Shown: piece after piece, positions 11,356 through 22,037 of the stretch
How the letters are laid out: every line of letters begins with the position of its first letter
Numbering within the stretch: position 1 is the first letter of the stretch
The notes under the pieces: model-generated
Seen by the model: the letters and a program-made list of their open reading frames with translations, nothing else
The model's database searches: none
Told to the model about the DNA's origin: nothing
Made by a program: the position numbers and the translations under genes
Assembly: GCA_031549385.1 (NCBI GenBank)
Contig: JAVBPW010000001.1
Location: 1-64,000 of the forward strand
Reading direction: 5' to 3'
DNA from: Alphaproteobacteria bacterium
GTDB taxonomy: Bacteria; Pseudomonadota; Alphaproteobacteria; Rs-D84; SZUA-605
Length of the DNA: 64,000 bases

Positions 11356-12357
11356 TTATTTTTTTAAGATTTTTAAGACTTCATCCAATATTCTTGTTAT
11401 AGATTCTTGTGTATTAAATGCTATATGGGGGGTGATTATTACATTTTCAAGCTTCTTTACATCAGAATTTTTTTTCATTATTGAAAGAATCTTCTTTTTA
11501 GTAGCTGAATCCTTGCTGGATAGCTCTGATTTTGATGGTTGAGTTAATACCTCATATTCCATTACATCTGATGCAAAACCTGATACTTTCTTTGATTTTA
11601 GAGCATCATATAATACAAAAACGTCTATTAATTCGCCACGAGCTGTGTTTATTATTAAAACTCCGTTTTTCATCTTAGAAAATAGTTTCTTATCAAACAT
11701 ATGATAATTTTGAGTCGGAATATATGGGCAATGAAGCGAAATTATGTCTGAATTCTTTAATAATTCATCTAATTTTGCATATTTTATTTCTTTGCTCTTT
11801 TTTATCTCTTTTTCTTTAAATGGATCGTGAGCTAATACTTTCATATTGAAAGCTAATGCAAGACGAGCCACTTGTTGACCTATTTGACCGTAGCCTATTA
11901 AACCTATTGTCTTTCCATGAATATCTGTTCCTATAAAGTTTGCATAGTCTACTTTTTTGTCTATTTGATGTTGCGCTGCTGGAAGAACTTTTCTTGTTAA
12001 AGATAGTAATAATGCAAATGTATATTCTGCTACTGTTATTGCTCCATAACCTTCTATGTTTTTTACTTGAATGTTTTTAGATTGGCAATAATTTAAATCT
12101 ATATGATTTGTTCCTGTGGAACGAGTTATTATTAACTTTAAGTTTGGAAAATTTTTTAATTCTTTTTCTCCAACTTTTGATGTTATGAAAATTGATAACA
12201 TTTCAACTTGTTTTTGAAGTACTGATAATTTCTTTATTGATGATAAATTTAATTCATCTTTTATGTATGTGAAATTATATTTTAGTAAGGTATTCTTTGT
12301 AAGGTAGTTTTTTTCTGTTTCCTTACAATCAAAAAATAATATGTTTTTCTTTTTCAT
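11356..12357 (-). CDS. D-isomer-specific 2-hydroxyacid (D-lactate-type) dehydrogenase
   Basis: GYGQIG, SLHCP, INTARGELID, TPHIAF. Confidence 0.9.
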   Translation of the reverse strand: MKKKNILFFDCKETEKNYLTKNTLLKYNFTYIKDELNLSSIKKLSVLQKQVEMLSIFITSKVGEKELKNFPNLKLIITRSTGTNHIDLNYCQSKNIQVKNIEGYGAITVAEYTFALLLSLTRKVLPAAQHQIDKKVDYANFIGTDIHGKTIGLIGYGQIGQQVARLALAFNMKVLAHDPFKEKEIKKSKEIKYAKLDELLKNSDIISLHCPYIPTQNYHMFDKKLFSKMKNGVLIINTARGELIDVFVLYDALKSKKVSGFASDVMEYEVLTQPSKSELSSKDSATKKKILSIMKKNSDVKKLENVIITPHIAFNTQESITRILDEVLKILKK

Positions 12358-12432
12358 GATACGCTGTATTTTATCATATTTTTAATATGCTTTCAAGAAC
12401 ACAAAAAATGGCAAGAAATAATCTTGCCATAA

Positions 12433-13212
12433 TTAAACCGCGATTGGAGCTTTAATGCCTGGATGAGGATTATACCCTACCACTTCAAAGTCTTCGTAAA
12501 CAAAGTCTTCAATATCTTCTACCTTACGCTTAATTATAAGCTGAGGCAGTGGACGAGGCTCCCGAGTAAGTTGTAATCTTACTTGTTCTTGATGATTGTC
12601 ATAAATATGAAGGTCACCATAGGTGTGGACAAAATCTCCTACTTCATAATTACACACATGAGCAATCATGTGAGTCAACAAAGCATATGATGCTATGTTA
12701 AATGGAACACCAAGAAAAGTATCACAACTTCTTTGATACAATTGACACGAAAGAGTACCTTCATACACATACCATTGAAATAAACAATGACATGGAGGAA
12801 GTTTCATTAAAGGAATTTCTGGAGGGTTCCATGCACAAATTACATTTTGTCGGGAATTAGGATTGTTTTTGAGTTTTTCTATTGATTCTTTCAATTGATC
12901 AACCCCTCCGCAATTTCTCCATTGTTTTCCATACACGGGACCTAGGTCACCGTTTTCATCTGCCCATTCGTCCCAAATTGTTACTCTGTTATCATTAAGA
13001 TACTTTATATTAGTATCTCCTTTTATAAACCACAAAAGTTCATAAATAATTGATCGCAAATGTAGCTTTTTGGTAGTCATGAGCGGAAAGCCTTCCTTTA
13101 AATCATATCTGGCTTGATAGCCAAATACACTTTGTGTGCCAGTACCTGTACGATCTTCTTTGAACACTCCTTTATCAAGGATATGTTGCAACATATCTAA
13201 ATACTGTTTCAT
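12433..13212 (-). CDS. thyA: Thymidylate synthase
   Basis: [33 protein letters not shown]. Confidence 0.98.
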   Translation of the reverse strand: MKQYLDMLQHILDKGVFKEDRTGTGTQSVFGYQARYDLKEGFPLMTTKKLHLRSIIYELLWFIKGDTNIKYLNDNRVTIWDEWADENGDLGPVYGKQWRNCGGVDQLKESIEKLKNNPNSRQNVICAWNPPEIPLMKLPPCHCLFQWYVYEGTLSCQLYQRSCDTFLGVPFNIASYALLTHMIAHVCNYEVGDFVHTYGDLHIYDNHQEQVRLQLTREPRPLPQLIIKRKVEDIEDFVYEDFEVVGYNPHPGIKAPIAV

Positions 13213-13327
13213 TTTTTAAAATTTGATTATTTACTTTTGATTTTAGTTTTGTTGACATTTTAGTTTCTTTTTTGGAAAAAGCAATTATTTTATTGCCTGT
13301 TAGTTTTTTATCAGCAATAATAAGGAC

Positions 13328-14485
13328 ATGAAAAATTATGATGTAATTATTATTGGCGCTGGTGCTGCTGGATTAATGTGCGGCGGGAAGATTAAATCTG
13401 CATCTGTACTTATTATTGATTCTTCTTCTGAAATTGGAAAAAAGTTAAAAATATCTGGAGGAGGAAAATGTAATTTTACTAATAAATATCTTAGTGATGC
13501 TAATTACATCAGTCATAATCCTAAATTTTTGAAATCTGTTTTATCTAAATTCAAACCTGAAAATATTACTTCTTTGCTTGATAAATATAGTATTTCATAT
13601 GGAGAGAAAAAATTAGGGCAATTGTTTGCTACAACTTCTTTGGATATTATCAATATGCTTAAATCTGAATTAGGGGATAATGTTGAATTTTCTTTAGAAA
13701 ATATTGTTGAGAAAATTAAAAAGATAGATGATGGATTTGAAATAAAAACTTCTTCTGGCAATTTTAATTGTAAAAAACTTGTTATTGCAACTGGGGGAGC
13801 ATCATATAAAAACTTAGGAGCTTCTGACTTTGCTTTGAAGTTAGCTCAACAGTTTGGAATTAAATACTATGAATTTACCCCTGCTCTTGTGCCACTTACT
13901 TTTTCTTCTTGGAATGATAGTTTGATGGGAGTTTCTTTTAAAACTCAAGTTTGCTTTAATAAAATATGTTTTGTTGATGATATTTTGTTTACTCATTTTG
14001 GATTAAGTGGACCTGCTGTGCTTCAAATATCTTCTTATGTTAAACAAGGGGAAAATATTTCTGTTAACTTTTTACCTGGAGAAAATGTTAAAAAGCTTTT
14101 AATGGAAATAAAAAAATCTGATGGTAAAAAAAGTTTGTGGCAAATTTTTTCTGAAAAAATGCCTAAAAAACTTTTGGAGTTTTTGCTTGCAGGATTTGAT
14201 AGTAAAACGTCTTTAAATCAAATGTCTGATAAAATTCTTGAAGCAGTTGCTGCTAAATTATCTCATTTTGAATTAAAGGTTGCTGGAAATAAAGGTTTTG
14301 ATATGGCTGAAGTTTGTCTTGGCGGAATTGACCTTAATGAAATAGATAATAAGTTTGAAGTGAAAAAAGTTAAAGGACTTTATTTTATAGGTGAATGCTT
14401 AGATATTACTGGTCAACTTGGTGGGTTTAATATTCATAATGCTTTTGCTAATGGAGCTATTTGTGGTGAGGCATTGAATGAATAA
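13328..14485 (+). CDS. BaiN/HI0933-family flavoprotein
   Basis: GAGAAG, ISGGGKCNFTN, ATGG, GECLDITGQLGGFN. Confidence 0.9.
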   Translation: MKNYDVIIIGAGAAGLMCGGKIKSASVLIIDSSSEIGKKLKISGGGKCNFTNKYLSDANYISHNPKFLKSVLSKFKPENITSLLDKYSISYGEKKLGQLFATTSLDIINMLKSELGDNVEFSLENIVEKIKKIDDGFEIKTSSGNFNCKKLVIATGGASYKNLGASDFALKLAQQFGIKYYEFTPALVPLTFSSWNDSLMGVSFKTQVCFNKICFVDDILFTHFGLSGPAVLQISSYVKQGENISVNFLPGENVKKLLMEIKKSDGKKSLWQIFSEKMPKKLLEFLLAGFDSKTSLNQMSDKILEAVAAKLSHFELKVAGNKGFDMAEVCLGGIDLNEIDNKFEVKKVKGLYFIGECLDITGQLGGFNIHNAFANGAICGEALNE

Positions 14486-17400
14486 ACTTGCAACTGAAAT
14501 TCAAAATAAAGCTTCGAATCCTACTATATCTGCTTGGGTAGATGCTTCTGCTGGAACTGGAAAGACTAAAGTTTTAACTGATAGAATTTTGAAGATACTT
14601 CTTTATGGCGGAGATATTTCAAAAATACTTTGTATTACATATACAAAAAATAGCGCTAATGAAATGCTTAATCGATTGATTGAGACTTCTAAGAAATGGG
14701 CTATGATGAATGATGAAAAGTTGAAATGTGAATTGGGTAATATATTAGAAGATGAGTATATAAATGATGAGCTAATTTTAAAGGCTAGAACTTTATTTGC
14801 TGTTGTTTGCGAAAATATTGAAAGCATTAAAATTAAAACTATTCACTCTTTTTGTGAAGAAATATTAAAGAAATTTCCTGTGGAAGCTGGAATTAATCCT
14901 CATTTTAAAAATATTCCTGAAAATGAACGAAAAGCATTTTTGAAAAATGTTATTAATGAAATATTCAAACAAAATGATGTTCAAGTTTTAGACCAAATAA
15001 GCTACTTAGCTTCATTTATTAACCAAGATGCGTTTGGAGATATTCAAAAAGATATTATTAGTAATGCTAATAAATTTGAAGAATTATTTAAGACTGATTT
15101 TAAAACTATTGATAATAAACTTAGAAAAACTCTTGAAATCAAAGAGACTGATTTAGATAAAATTAAGTTAGATTTTATAAAAAATCATATCGGACTGTTT
15201 AATGGGTTTGTTAACATTTCTTCTGCTCTTAGTGAGACTGCAAAAAAGTATGGAAGAGAATTATCAGAATTCTTATTACTTAATGATATTGATAAAATCA
15301 GAAACTTTAATTCTGTTGTTAGCATTTTTTTAACCGGAGATAAAACTGTTAGAAAGACTCCTAAAGAAGATAATTTTCAAAATTTGGCCAATAAGGTTTT
15401 TGAATTTTATAAAGTTTTTGTTAATATTAATGTTTATAATCAATCAAAAGCTGTTCTTATTATTGCCAAGAAATTCTTAGACCAATATAAACAAGAAAAA
15501 GAAAAACAAGGGTTGCTTGATTTTGATGATTTAATTTCTAAAACTCTTGCTCTTTTGACTAAAAAAGATATTTCTTCTTGGGTTATTTATAAAATGAATG
15601 GCGGAATTTCTCATATTCTTCTTGATGAAGCTCAAGATACTTCACCCTATCAGTGGAAAATTATTGATGCTATATCTGAGAACTTTTTTGAAACTAATCC
15701 AAGAAATTTTGCTGAGTTTAAATCTATATTTATTGTGGGAGATAGAAAGCAATCTATTTATTCTTTCCAAGGAGCGGATGTAGAAAACTTTGAAAAGTAT
15801 TTTAAATATTTAGAAGATAAAATTGATAATTCTGATTATAAATTTAAAAAAGTTGATATGAATGTATCTTTCCGTTCATCTGAGACTGTTTTGAATTTCG
15901 TTGATGAAGTGTTTAAAAAAGATGAAATTCTTAAAGGTGTTTCTTTAGATAAAGTTAAGCATATTAACGGAAAAGAACTTAACGGAAGAGTTGAACTTTA
16001 CCCACATATCAAATTAAATGAAAAAGTCAAAAAAGACTATATTGAAGGACATTTTGACGAAAAGTTTTATGAAAATAACTATTTGAATTTGGCGAAAGCT
16101 ATTGCAATTAAGATTAGAAATCTTTTAGATAGCAAAATATATCTTGCTGATCAAAAGAGATATTTATCAGAACAAGATATTATAATACTTGTTAAAAGCA
16201 GAAATAGAATTGTGAGCTATTTAAACAAAGAACTTAAAAATCTTGATATAGAATTTGAAGGAATCGATAAATTTAAACTGCTTGATGATATGGCTACTGA
16301 AGATTTGCTTGCTTGCGGAAAATTTGCAGTGTTTCCTTTTGATGATTTGAATTTAGCAGGTCTTTTTAAATCTCCACTAATTGGCGGAAGCGAAAAGGAA
16401 CTTTTTGATCTGTGTTATGGACGTGGGGGAGAAAGCCTTTGGGATAGGATTTTAAATTCTTCTGATGTTGAAATCGCTAAAAAAAGAACAAAGTTACAGA
16501 AAATATATGAACATAGAAATGATACGCCGTTTGAATTTTATTCATTTGTTTTAAATAAACTTGATGGAAAAAAATTATTGCTTAAAAGGCTCTCTATGGC
16601 TGCTCTTGATAGTATAAACTATTTTATAAATACAGCGCTTGAATGGAATAATAAAATTGTTTCTGATTTGTCTTCTTTCTTAGACTTCATTGTTAATGGA
16701 GATATAGAAATTAAACGTGAGGGACAAGGTAATAAACAAAATGGCGTTAAAATCCTTACTGTTCATGGAGCTAAAGGACTTGAAGGACAATATGTGTTTC
16801 TAGCTGATACTTGTAAAGTTAAAAGCAATAAAGCTGAAGATAAGTTTATATTTGATGAAGAATTGTTTTTTTGGTTCGTTAATAAGAGCTTTGTTAATGA
16901 ACAAATTGAAAATTCTTTAGCTCATCAATCAGAAAAAGATATGGAAGAATATAAAAGATTGCTTTATGTTGCTTTAACTAGAGCTAAAAGAAATCTATAT
17001 ATATTTGGATTAGAAAAGTGCGAGAAGAATTCTTGGTATGAAATACTTAGAGATACTTTTAATTCTTTAGATAAGAAAAAGATTGAAAGTGTTCCTGAAT
17101 ATTTGGCTGAATATTATGAAGAAGATGCTAAGATACTTTCTGTGGAAAATATTGTGGAAGAAGTATCTGAAATTATTGAAGAGAAAATTGAAAAGAAAAA
17201 AGAAAGTAATTTCAACTATCCTCAAGAACCTGAAATTGAAACACCTGTTTTAAAGAATGACGTTGAGTTAGATAAAAATGAAGAATCTATTAGAATAGGA
17301 AATATTATTCATAAAATTATGCAAAATGTTTCTCAAATACCTGAAGATATTAGGCTAGATTGGGTTAGTGAAAAAATTGAAAATTCTGATTTAAATGATA

Positions 17401-17726
17401 ATCAAAAAGAAGATTTTAATAATAGTTTGAAAACTATTTTAGATGATTATCCTTGGATGTTTGAAAATAATAGACCTGAACAAGAAGTAATTGTTAAAGG
17501 GAAAAATGGAACTCAAGTTTATAGAATCGATAATCTTATTATTAATGAAGATGAAGTCATCATTATTGACTATAAAACTGATAGAAAAGCTTCACTTGAA
17601 TTATTTGAACTATATAAAAAGCAATTGAAAAACTATAAGCTAGCAATTGGCGATATTTATAAAGATAGAGCCATAAAGACTTATATTCTATGGCTCCTAG
17701 ACGCTTCCTTACAAGAAATTATTTAG
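14478..17726 (+). CDS. addA: AddA helicase/nuclease
   Basis: ASAGTGKT, DEAQDT, VGDRKQSIYSFQGA, TVHGAKGLE, LYVALTRA; C-terminal RID...IDYKT nuclease. Confidence 0.9.
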   Translation: MNKLATEIQNKASNPTISAWVDASAGTGKTKVLTDRILKILLYGGDISKILCITYTKNSANEMLNRLIETSKKWAMMNDEKLKCELGNILEDEYINDELILKARTLFAVVCENIESIKIKTIHSFCEEILKKFPVEAGINPHFKNIPENERKAFLKNVINEIFKQNDVQVLDQISYLASFINQDAFGDIQKDIISNANKFEELFKTDFKTIDNKLRKTLEIKETDLDKIKLDFIKNHIGLFNGFVNISSALSETAKKYGRELSEFLLLNDIDKIRNFNSVVSIFLTGDKTVRKTPKEDNFQNLANKVFEFYKVFVNINVYNQSKAVLIIAKKFLDQYKQEKEKQGLLDFDDLISKTLALLTKKDISSWVIYKMNGGISHILLDEAQDTSPYQWKIIDAISENFFETNPRNFAEFKSIFIVGDRKQSIYSFQGADVENFEKYFKYLEDKIDNSDYKFKKVDMNVSFRSSETVLNFVDEVFKKDEILKGVSLDKVKHINGKELNGRVELYPHIKLNEKVKKDYIEGHFDEKFYENNYLNLAKAIAIKIRNLLDSKIYLADQKRYLSEQDIIILVKSRNRIVSYLNKELKNLDIEFEGIDKFKLLDDMATEDLLACGKFAVFPFDDLNLAGLFKSPLIGGSEKELFDLCYGRGGESLWDRILNSSDVEIAKKRTKLQKIYEHRNDTPFEFYSFVLNKLDGKKLLLKRLSMAALDSINYFINTALEWNNKIVSDLSSFLDFIVNGDIEIKREGQGNKQNGVKILTVHGAKGLEGQYVFLADTCKVKSNKAEDKFIFDEELFFWFVNKSFVNEQIENSLAHQSEKDMEEYKRLLYVALTRAKRNLYIFGLEKCEKNSWYEILRDTFNSLDKKKIESVPEYLAEYYEEDAKILSVENIVEEVSEIIEEKIEKKKESNFNYPQEPEIETPVLKNDVELDKNEESIRIGNIIHKIMQNVSQIPEDIRLDWVSEKIENSDLNDNQKEDFNNSLKTILDDYPWMFENNRPEQEVIVKGKNGTQVYRIDNLIINEDEVIIIDYKTDRKASLELFELYKKQLKNYKLAIGDIYKDRAIKTYILWLLDASLQEII

Positions 17727-17934
17727 ATAGATTTTGTATTAATTTTACTAAATTTCTTTGACCTTCAAGAAAATACAATTCCTCTTTAGTTGCTGATGAT
17801 GGAAGAGTTTTATTTAAAGTTATCTGATTTAAATATTCTAACACATTCTTTCCATTTATATTATTGAAAGTTAAAAAGAAACTTCTTTGTAATTGCTCTC
17901 TTTCTTGTTTTTCTCTGACGTTAAACATTTGCAC
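17719..17934 (-). CDS. Small podophage protein typically downstream of the portal (Bbp19-like)
   Basis: F...G..VLEYL...FLEGQRNLV motif; overlaps portal stop and addA stop. Confidence 0.7.
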   Translation of the reverse strand: MQMFNVREKQEREQLQRSFFLTFNNINGKNVLEYLNQITLNKTLPSSATKEELYFLEGQRNLVKLIQNLSK

Positions 17935-19498
17935 CTTCCATTTGCTTTTGTGTTTTTTGTATCATCCATTCTTTATAATTTTCTAGATTTTCAGCTAAGA
18001 CTTTATCATCTAAATTTATCAAGCCATCTATTAAATTTGCTGGCATTTTATGAACAAACTCTAAAACCTTGTTTTCATATTCTTCATCTTTTGTTAGTAA
18101 AAAACTTTTAGAAATATTCATCTTTTTAGTTATTGATTGAAGGATTTCTTCTTTGTCTATCATCTTTTCAAATGTTTGACCTAAGGCTGATACCATTTTT
18201 ATCCAATCCAAAATATTCGATACATCATCATAGGACTTTAACTGGCCTAGTTTTGATACATAATTTATCTGAATATCACTTTTAGAATATGGATCTTTAA
18301 TCTCACCCCTTCTTTTCAATATTGAATATGCTCTTAAAATTAATGGATTTAATAACTCACTTTGTAATCTTCCATATGTTGCTCCAAGTACCTTCAACGA
18401 GATACTTGAACGTTGCAATACTTCTGTTGCTGACATATTAAAGTTTTGATTAAATGGCTGTAATTGTGTTGATAATAATGCAGATTTTATATTCTCTCTT
18501 ATATCTTTTAAAATTAAGTCTGAAATATTAAAATCTGTTCCTACTTTCAACGGTGTTAGCCCACTTGACCCCATTGCTTTTGGTATTATTGCCCCTGGGG
18601 TTAGTTCTATATTTGCTGGATTTAGCACTCCATCATCGTCCGCTTGCCATACTCCGCTTACTGCTAAAGAAGCATTTTTTAATACTAATTCTACTATTTT
18701 ATTTGCTGTTTTTATGTCAGGTAGCGCTTTCATTATTGGAGATCTTCCATAAAAAACTGATGGAGATTTAGTAAAGCGGAAAATTATAAATGGATTTTGC
18801 TCGAATGTTCCTGATGCTAATACTTGATTGTCATTTTCTGTGAAAATAAAATATTTAAATTCATTGTTTTGCTTGTATACACATTCCACTATATTCAACT
18901 TAAAGTCTGAGTCATTCTTTTGCACATCTTCCATTTGCTTTGTCGGAATAAAATTTGAAAACTTTTCTTTTATTGCTGCTAATCCCATTTGACTTTTCTT
19001 ATATATGGTTTCTGGATGGGTTGAATTGTTTTCATCTATATAAATATCACGCATAGAAATTGCTTTGAAATTAAAGGCTGAATTTTGTCCTAATTGAGCT
19101 TCTTCAAATAATAAACATGCTGTTCCTATTACACATAAATCTATGTAGCATTGATGAATTGTTGAAAAGAAATTTGAGCGACCTAAATGAGCATATATCT
19201 TTTCTTGAGTTTCATGCAATGTGATTTCTGCTAATCTCTTTGATTTTCTATCTTTAGTTTCATAGTTTGAATGCAACTGAAACCATGATGAATAAGGTGG
19301 AGTCATTTCTGATAAAAGATGTGAAGCTAATTGGTCTACACAATCTGATGCAGTTGAATCAAATAAATTATCTTTTCTTGCACATGATGCAAATACATTT
19401 TGAGAGGGAAATGTATAATTATAACATTCTTCCCAAAGAGATTCTAAATCTCTTCTTTGCTCTTTTATTTTATAATATTTTTGTATTTTATTTTCCAT
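17921..19498 (-). CDS. T7 gp8-like portal (head-to-tail connector)
   Basis: FDSTA, YGRSPIMKALPDIK, MSATEV, GRLQSELLNPLI; 525 aa; AAGGAG RBS. Confidence 0.92.
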   Translation of the reverse strand: MENKIQKYYKIKEQRRDLESLWEECYNYTFPSQNVFASCARKDNLFDSTASDCVDQLASHLLSEMTPPYSSWFQLHSNYETKDRKSKRLAEITLHETQEKIYAHLGRSNFFSTIHQCYIDLCVIGTACLLFEEAQLGQNSAFNFKAISMRDIYIDENNSTHPETIYKKSQMGLAAIKEKFSNFIPTKQMEDVQKNDSDFKLNIVECVYKQNNEFKYFIFTENDNQVLASGTFEQNPFIIFRFTKSPSVFYGRSPIMKALPDIKTANKIVELVLKNASLAVSGVWQADDDGVLNPANIELTPGAIIPKAMGSSGLTPLKVGTDFNISDLILKDIRENIKSALLSTQLQPFNQNFNMSATEVLQRSSISLKVLGATYGRLQSELLNPLILRAYSILKRRGEIKDPYSKSDIQINYVSKLGQLKSYDDVSNILDWIKMVSALGQTFEKMIDKEEILQSITKKMNISKSFLLTKDEEYENKVLEFVHKMPANLIDGLINLDDKVLAENLENYKEWMIQKTQKQMEGANV

Positions 19499-19531
19499 AT
19501 TTTCTCCTTACTGTTTTATAGGAAATTAATT

Positions 19532-19553
19532 TAGCCCTGAATTAATCAGGGCT
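19532..19553. terminator. Hairpin between the ftsZ operon and portal
   Basis: TAGCCCTGA-N4-TCAGGGCTA inverted repeat. Confidence 0.5.
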
Positions 19554-19578
19554 ATTAAACGTTACAAATTCGTTAAAT

Positions 19579-20025
19579 TTATTGCTGTTGATACTTAATT
19601 AAATCTGAAATAGATTTATTTTCTTGTATATCACTTATCTTAATTCTCATTGGTTCACATTCATAACTTATCTTTGTATTTGTTATAAACTCAACTACTG
19701 GTGTTATTAATGTCATTGTTATTAAACATACTGTTATCATTACTAAAGCACCTGCAAAATTAATTTGCTTACCACTTGCTAGCATATCAAATACCATTTT
19801 TAATATAACAAAAAATATCATTATATATGCTAACATTTTTAAAAAATCGATTAACTCTTTTACGTATTTTTGAAAACAACTGTTTGAAGTTACTACTAAT
19901 GAATCTCCACTGATTACATTTTCATATCCAACAGATGTGAAATAATTTTGCATCTCTGATAATGATACTGCAAATAAGTTACTGCATGCAAATATTATTA
20001 GAAAAATTACAAATATTTTATTCAT
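19579..20025 (-). CDS. Secreted/membrane protein, possibly TrbC/VirB2 pilin-like
   Basis: Signal peptide plus two hydrophobic helices; overlaps the ftsZ stop. Confidence 0.5.
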   Translation of the reverse strand: MNKIFVIFLIIFACSNLFAVSLSEMQNYFTSVGYENVISGDSLVVTSNSCFQKYVKELIDFLKMLAYIMIFFVILKMVFDMLASGKQINFAGALVMITVCLITMTLITPVVEFITNTKISYECEPMRIKISDIQENKSISDLIKYQQQ

Positions 20026-21538
20026 CTTGTTCTTTTAAAAAGCTTTCAAAAGTATTTTCTTCTTCATTTAATGATGGCATGTCTTTGAATAAATCCATCA
20101 AATCATATGAAGCTGGTGTTTCTTTTTTAACTGGCTTTGGTTCTGGCCTTACTGGTCTTTCACCTTCTTCTTTAGCACCAAAGATATTTTTTAATTTACT
20201 TGAAAAAGATGCGTTTTTATCATCTGGCTTTGGTTCATTTGTTTGACCAATTGCCATTGATGAGATATCCAATGCTTGTGGGGTATCATCAAATTCTTCG
20301 ATGATTACTTCATCCATTGTCATTGGAAATACTTCTTCAATTTCTATTACTTCTTCTTGTTCTTCTTGCACTTCTTGTTCTTCTTCCAATGGAATAAATG
20401 TTTGTTCTTCATCTTCTTGAGTTGGTATCTCTTGAATTATTGTTGTTTCTGTGATTTCTATTATTCCATCTAATGGATCTAAGATTTCACCAGCTTCTTC
20501 TTGAACTGGTTTTGCTTCATCCAATATAGGTTTGATAAATTCATCAAAACTTTTATATTTGAAATCTGTATTTACTGAACCACTTAAACCTGTTGCTATT
20601 AATGTTAGGATTAATTTTCCATTTAAGCTTTTATCAAAGTTTGTTCCGAAAACAAAATTTTCTTGTGTCTTTAATTGATCCCTAACTTTTTCCATTATTC
20701 CTTTTACTTCACTTAATCTGATATCTGTACCACCAGAAATTTGAAGTAATACTTGTTTTGCTGAAACGGCACTTCCTTTGTCTATTAAATGATTTTCTAA
20801 TACTTGTGAAACAGCATCTTCTACTCTGTTATCACCTGTTGTGATTGCAGAATTTACCATTATTTGACCACCATTATCTAAGATAGATTTGATGTCAGCA
20901 AAGTCTAAATTAATTTGACCTGTTGTATTTATTATGTCTGTTATTCCTTGTATACCATTTGCTATTTGCATATCTGCTGAACCAAATGCTTCTGATACTG
21001 GAATGTTATTATCAAATGCTGTGAAGAAATTTTCATTTGGTATTATTACGTAACTTGATGTAGCTCCTGATAAATCATCCAGTGCGGAATTTGCTACTTT
21101 CTTTCTTTTTTCTCCTTCAAATGAGAATGGAAGAGTTACGATTGATACGTTTAATACACCTGCTTGTGTTGCTGCATTTGTTAATATTGGAAGAGCTCCT
21201 GAACCTGTTCCTCCACCTAAACCGCCTACAAAAAATATTAATGAAAAATCTTTAAAATAATCTTGAATTGCTGCAATATTTTCTATTGCACTTTGTTTTC
21301 CTATTTCTGGATTTCCACCTGTACCAAATCCTTTAGTCAATTTTACACCAAGAGGAATCTTTGTTTCTGATAGTGAACTTTGTAAACTTTGAGAATCTGT
21401 GTTTAAGGCTACATATGTAACGCCTGATATTTTCTGCTTTATTAGAGTGTTTAATATATTTATACCTGCACCACCTACACCTGCTATTAATATTTTTGGT
21501 GTAACATTATCTTCAAATTTAGCCCATGTATCTTGCAT
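20018..21538 (-). CDS. ftsZ: Divergent FtsZ
   Basis: GVGGAG, NTD, GGGTGSG, PFSFEG, INLDFAD; long acidic linker. Confidence 0.88.
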   Translation of the reverse strand: MQDTWAKFEDNVTPKILIAGVGGAGINILNTLIKQKISGVTYVALNTDSQSLQSSLSETKIPLGVKLTKGFGTGGNPEIGKQSAIENIAAIQDYFKDFSLIFFVGGLGGGTGSGALPILTNAATQAGVLNVSIVTLPFSFEGEKRKKVANSALDDLSGATSSYVIIPNENFFTAFDNNIPVSEAFGSADMQIANGIQGITDIINTTGQINLDFADIKSILDNGGQIMVNSAITTGDNRVEDAVSQVLENHLIDKGSAVSAKQVLLQISGGTDIRLSEVKGIMEKVRDQLKTQENFVFGTNFDKSLNGKLILTLIATGLSGSVNTDFKYKSFDEFIKPILDEAKPVQEEAGEILDPLDGIIEITETTIIQEIPTQEDEEQTFIPLEEEQEVQEEQEEVIEIEEVFPMTMDEVIIEEFDDTPQALDISSMAIGQTNEPKPDDKNASFSSKLKNIFGAKEEGERPVRPEPKPVKKETPASYDLMDLFKDMPSLNEEENTFESFLKEQDE

Positions 21539-21690
21539 ATTTCCCTCCGAACTTAGTGTCCGATACTTTTTGTTTTTAAAGTATTTTCTTTAAAAATCCA
21601 GTTTTTTCCTTATTCGGTACACATTATAACATATTGTTTGTTTTTTTTATAGACTTTTTTATTTTTTTATATTACTATGCTTTAGTCATT

Positions 21691-21766
21691 GGCCAGGTAG
21701 CTCAGTTGGTAGAGCAAAGGACTGAAAATCCTTGTGTCGACGGTTCGATTCCGCCCCTGGCCACCA
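21691..21766 (+). tRNA. tRNA-Phe(GAA)
   Basis: 76-nt cloverleaf, anticodon loop CTGAAAA, GGTTCGA T-arm, encoded CCA; TAGACT-N17-TACTAT upstream. Confidence 0.97.
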
Positions 21767-22037
21767 CTTATTTTATTTTCAATAAAATCATTGTTGGAGG
21801 AGACGTTTCCTCACCTTCGGTTCGATGTCCTCGGCAAAATTGCCTGCGGGCTTCGCGTACGCATTTTAAATGCTACTTGTCGGGCCGCCCCTGGCCACTA
21901 CTTATTTTATTTTCAATAAAATCATTGTTGGAGGAGACATTTCCTCACCTGCGGTTCGATGTCCTCGCAACTTTCGTTGCTTGCGGGCTTCGCGTACGCA
22001 TTTTAAATGCTACTTGTCGGGCCGCCCCTGGCCACCA
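21767..22037 (+). repeat. Two tandem ~135-bp tRNA-linked repeats, each ending in the tRNA-Phe 3' 16-mer
   Basis: Units 21767..21900 and 21901..22037; CCGCCCCTGGCCAC(C/T)A at 21751, 21885 and 22022. Confidence 0.92.

Noticed and set aside
19561-19576. CtrA-like box TTAA-N7-GTAAC upstream of the portal
   Set aside because: One mismatch in very AT-rich DNA; cannot be separated from chance without conservation data
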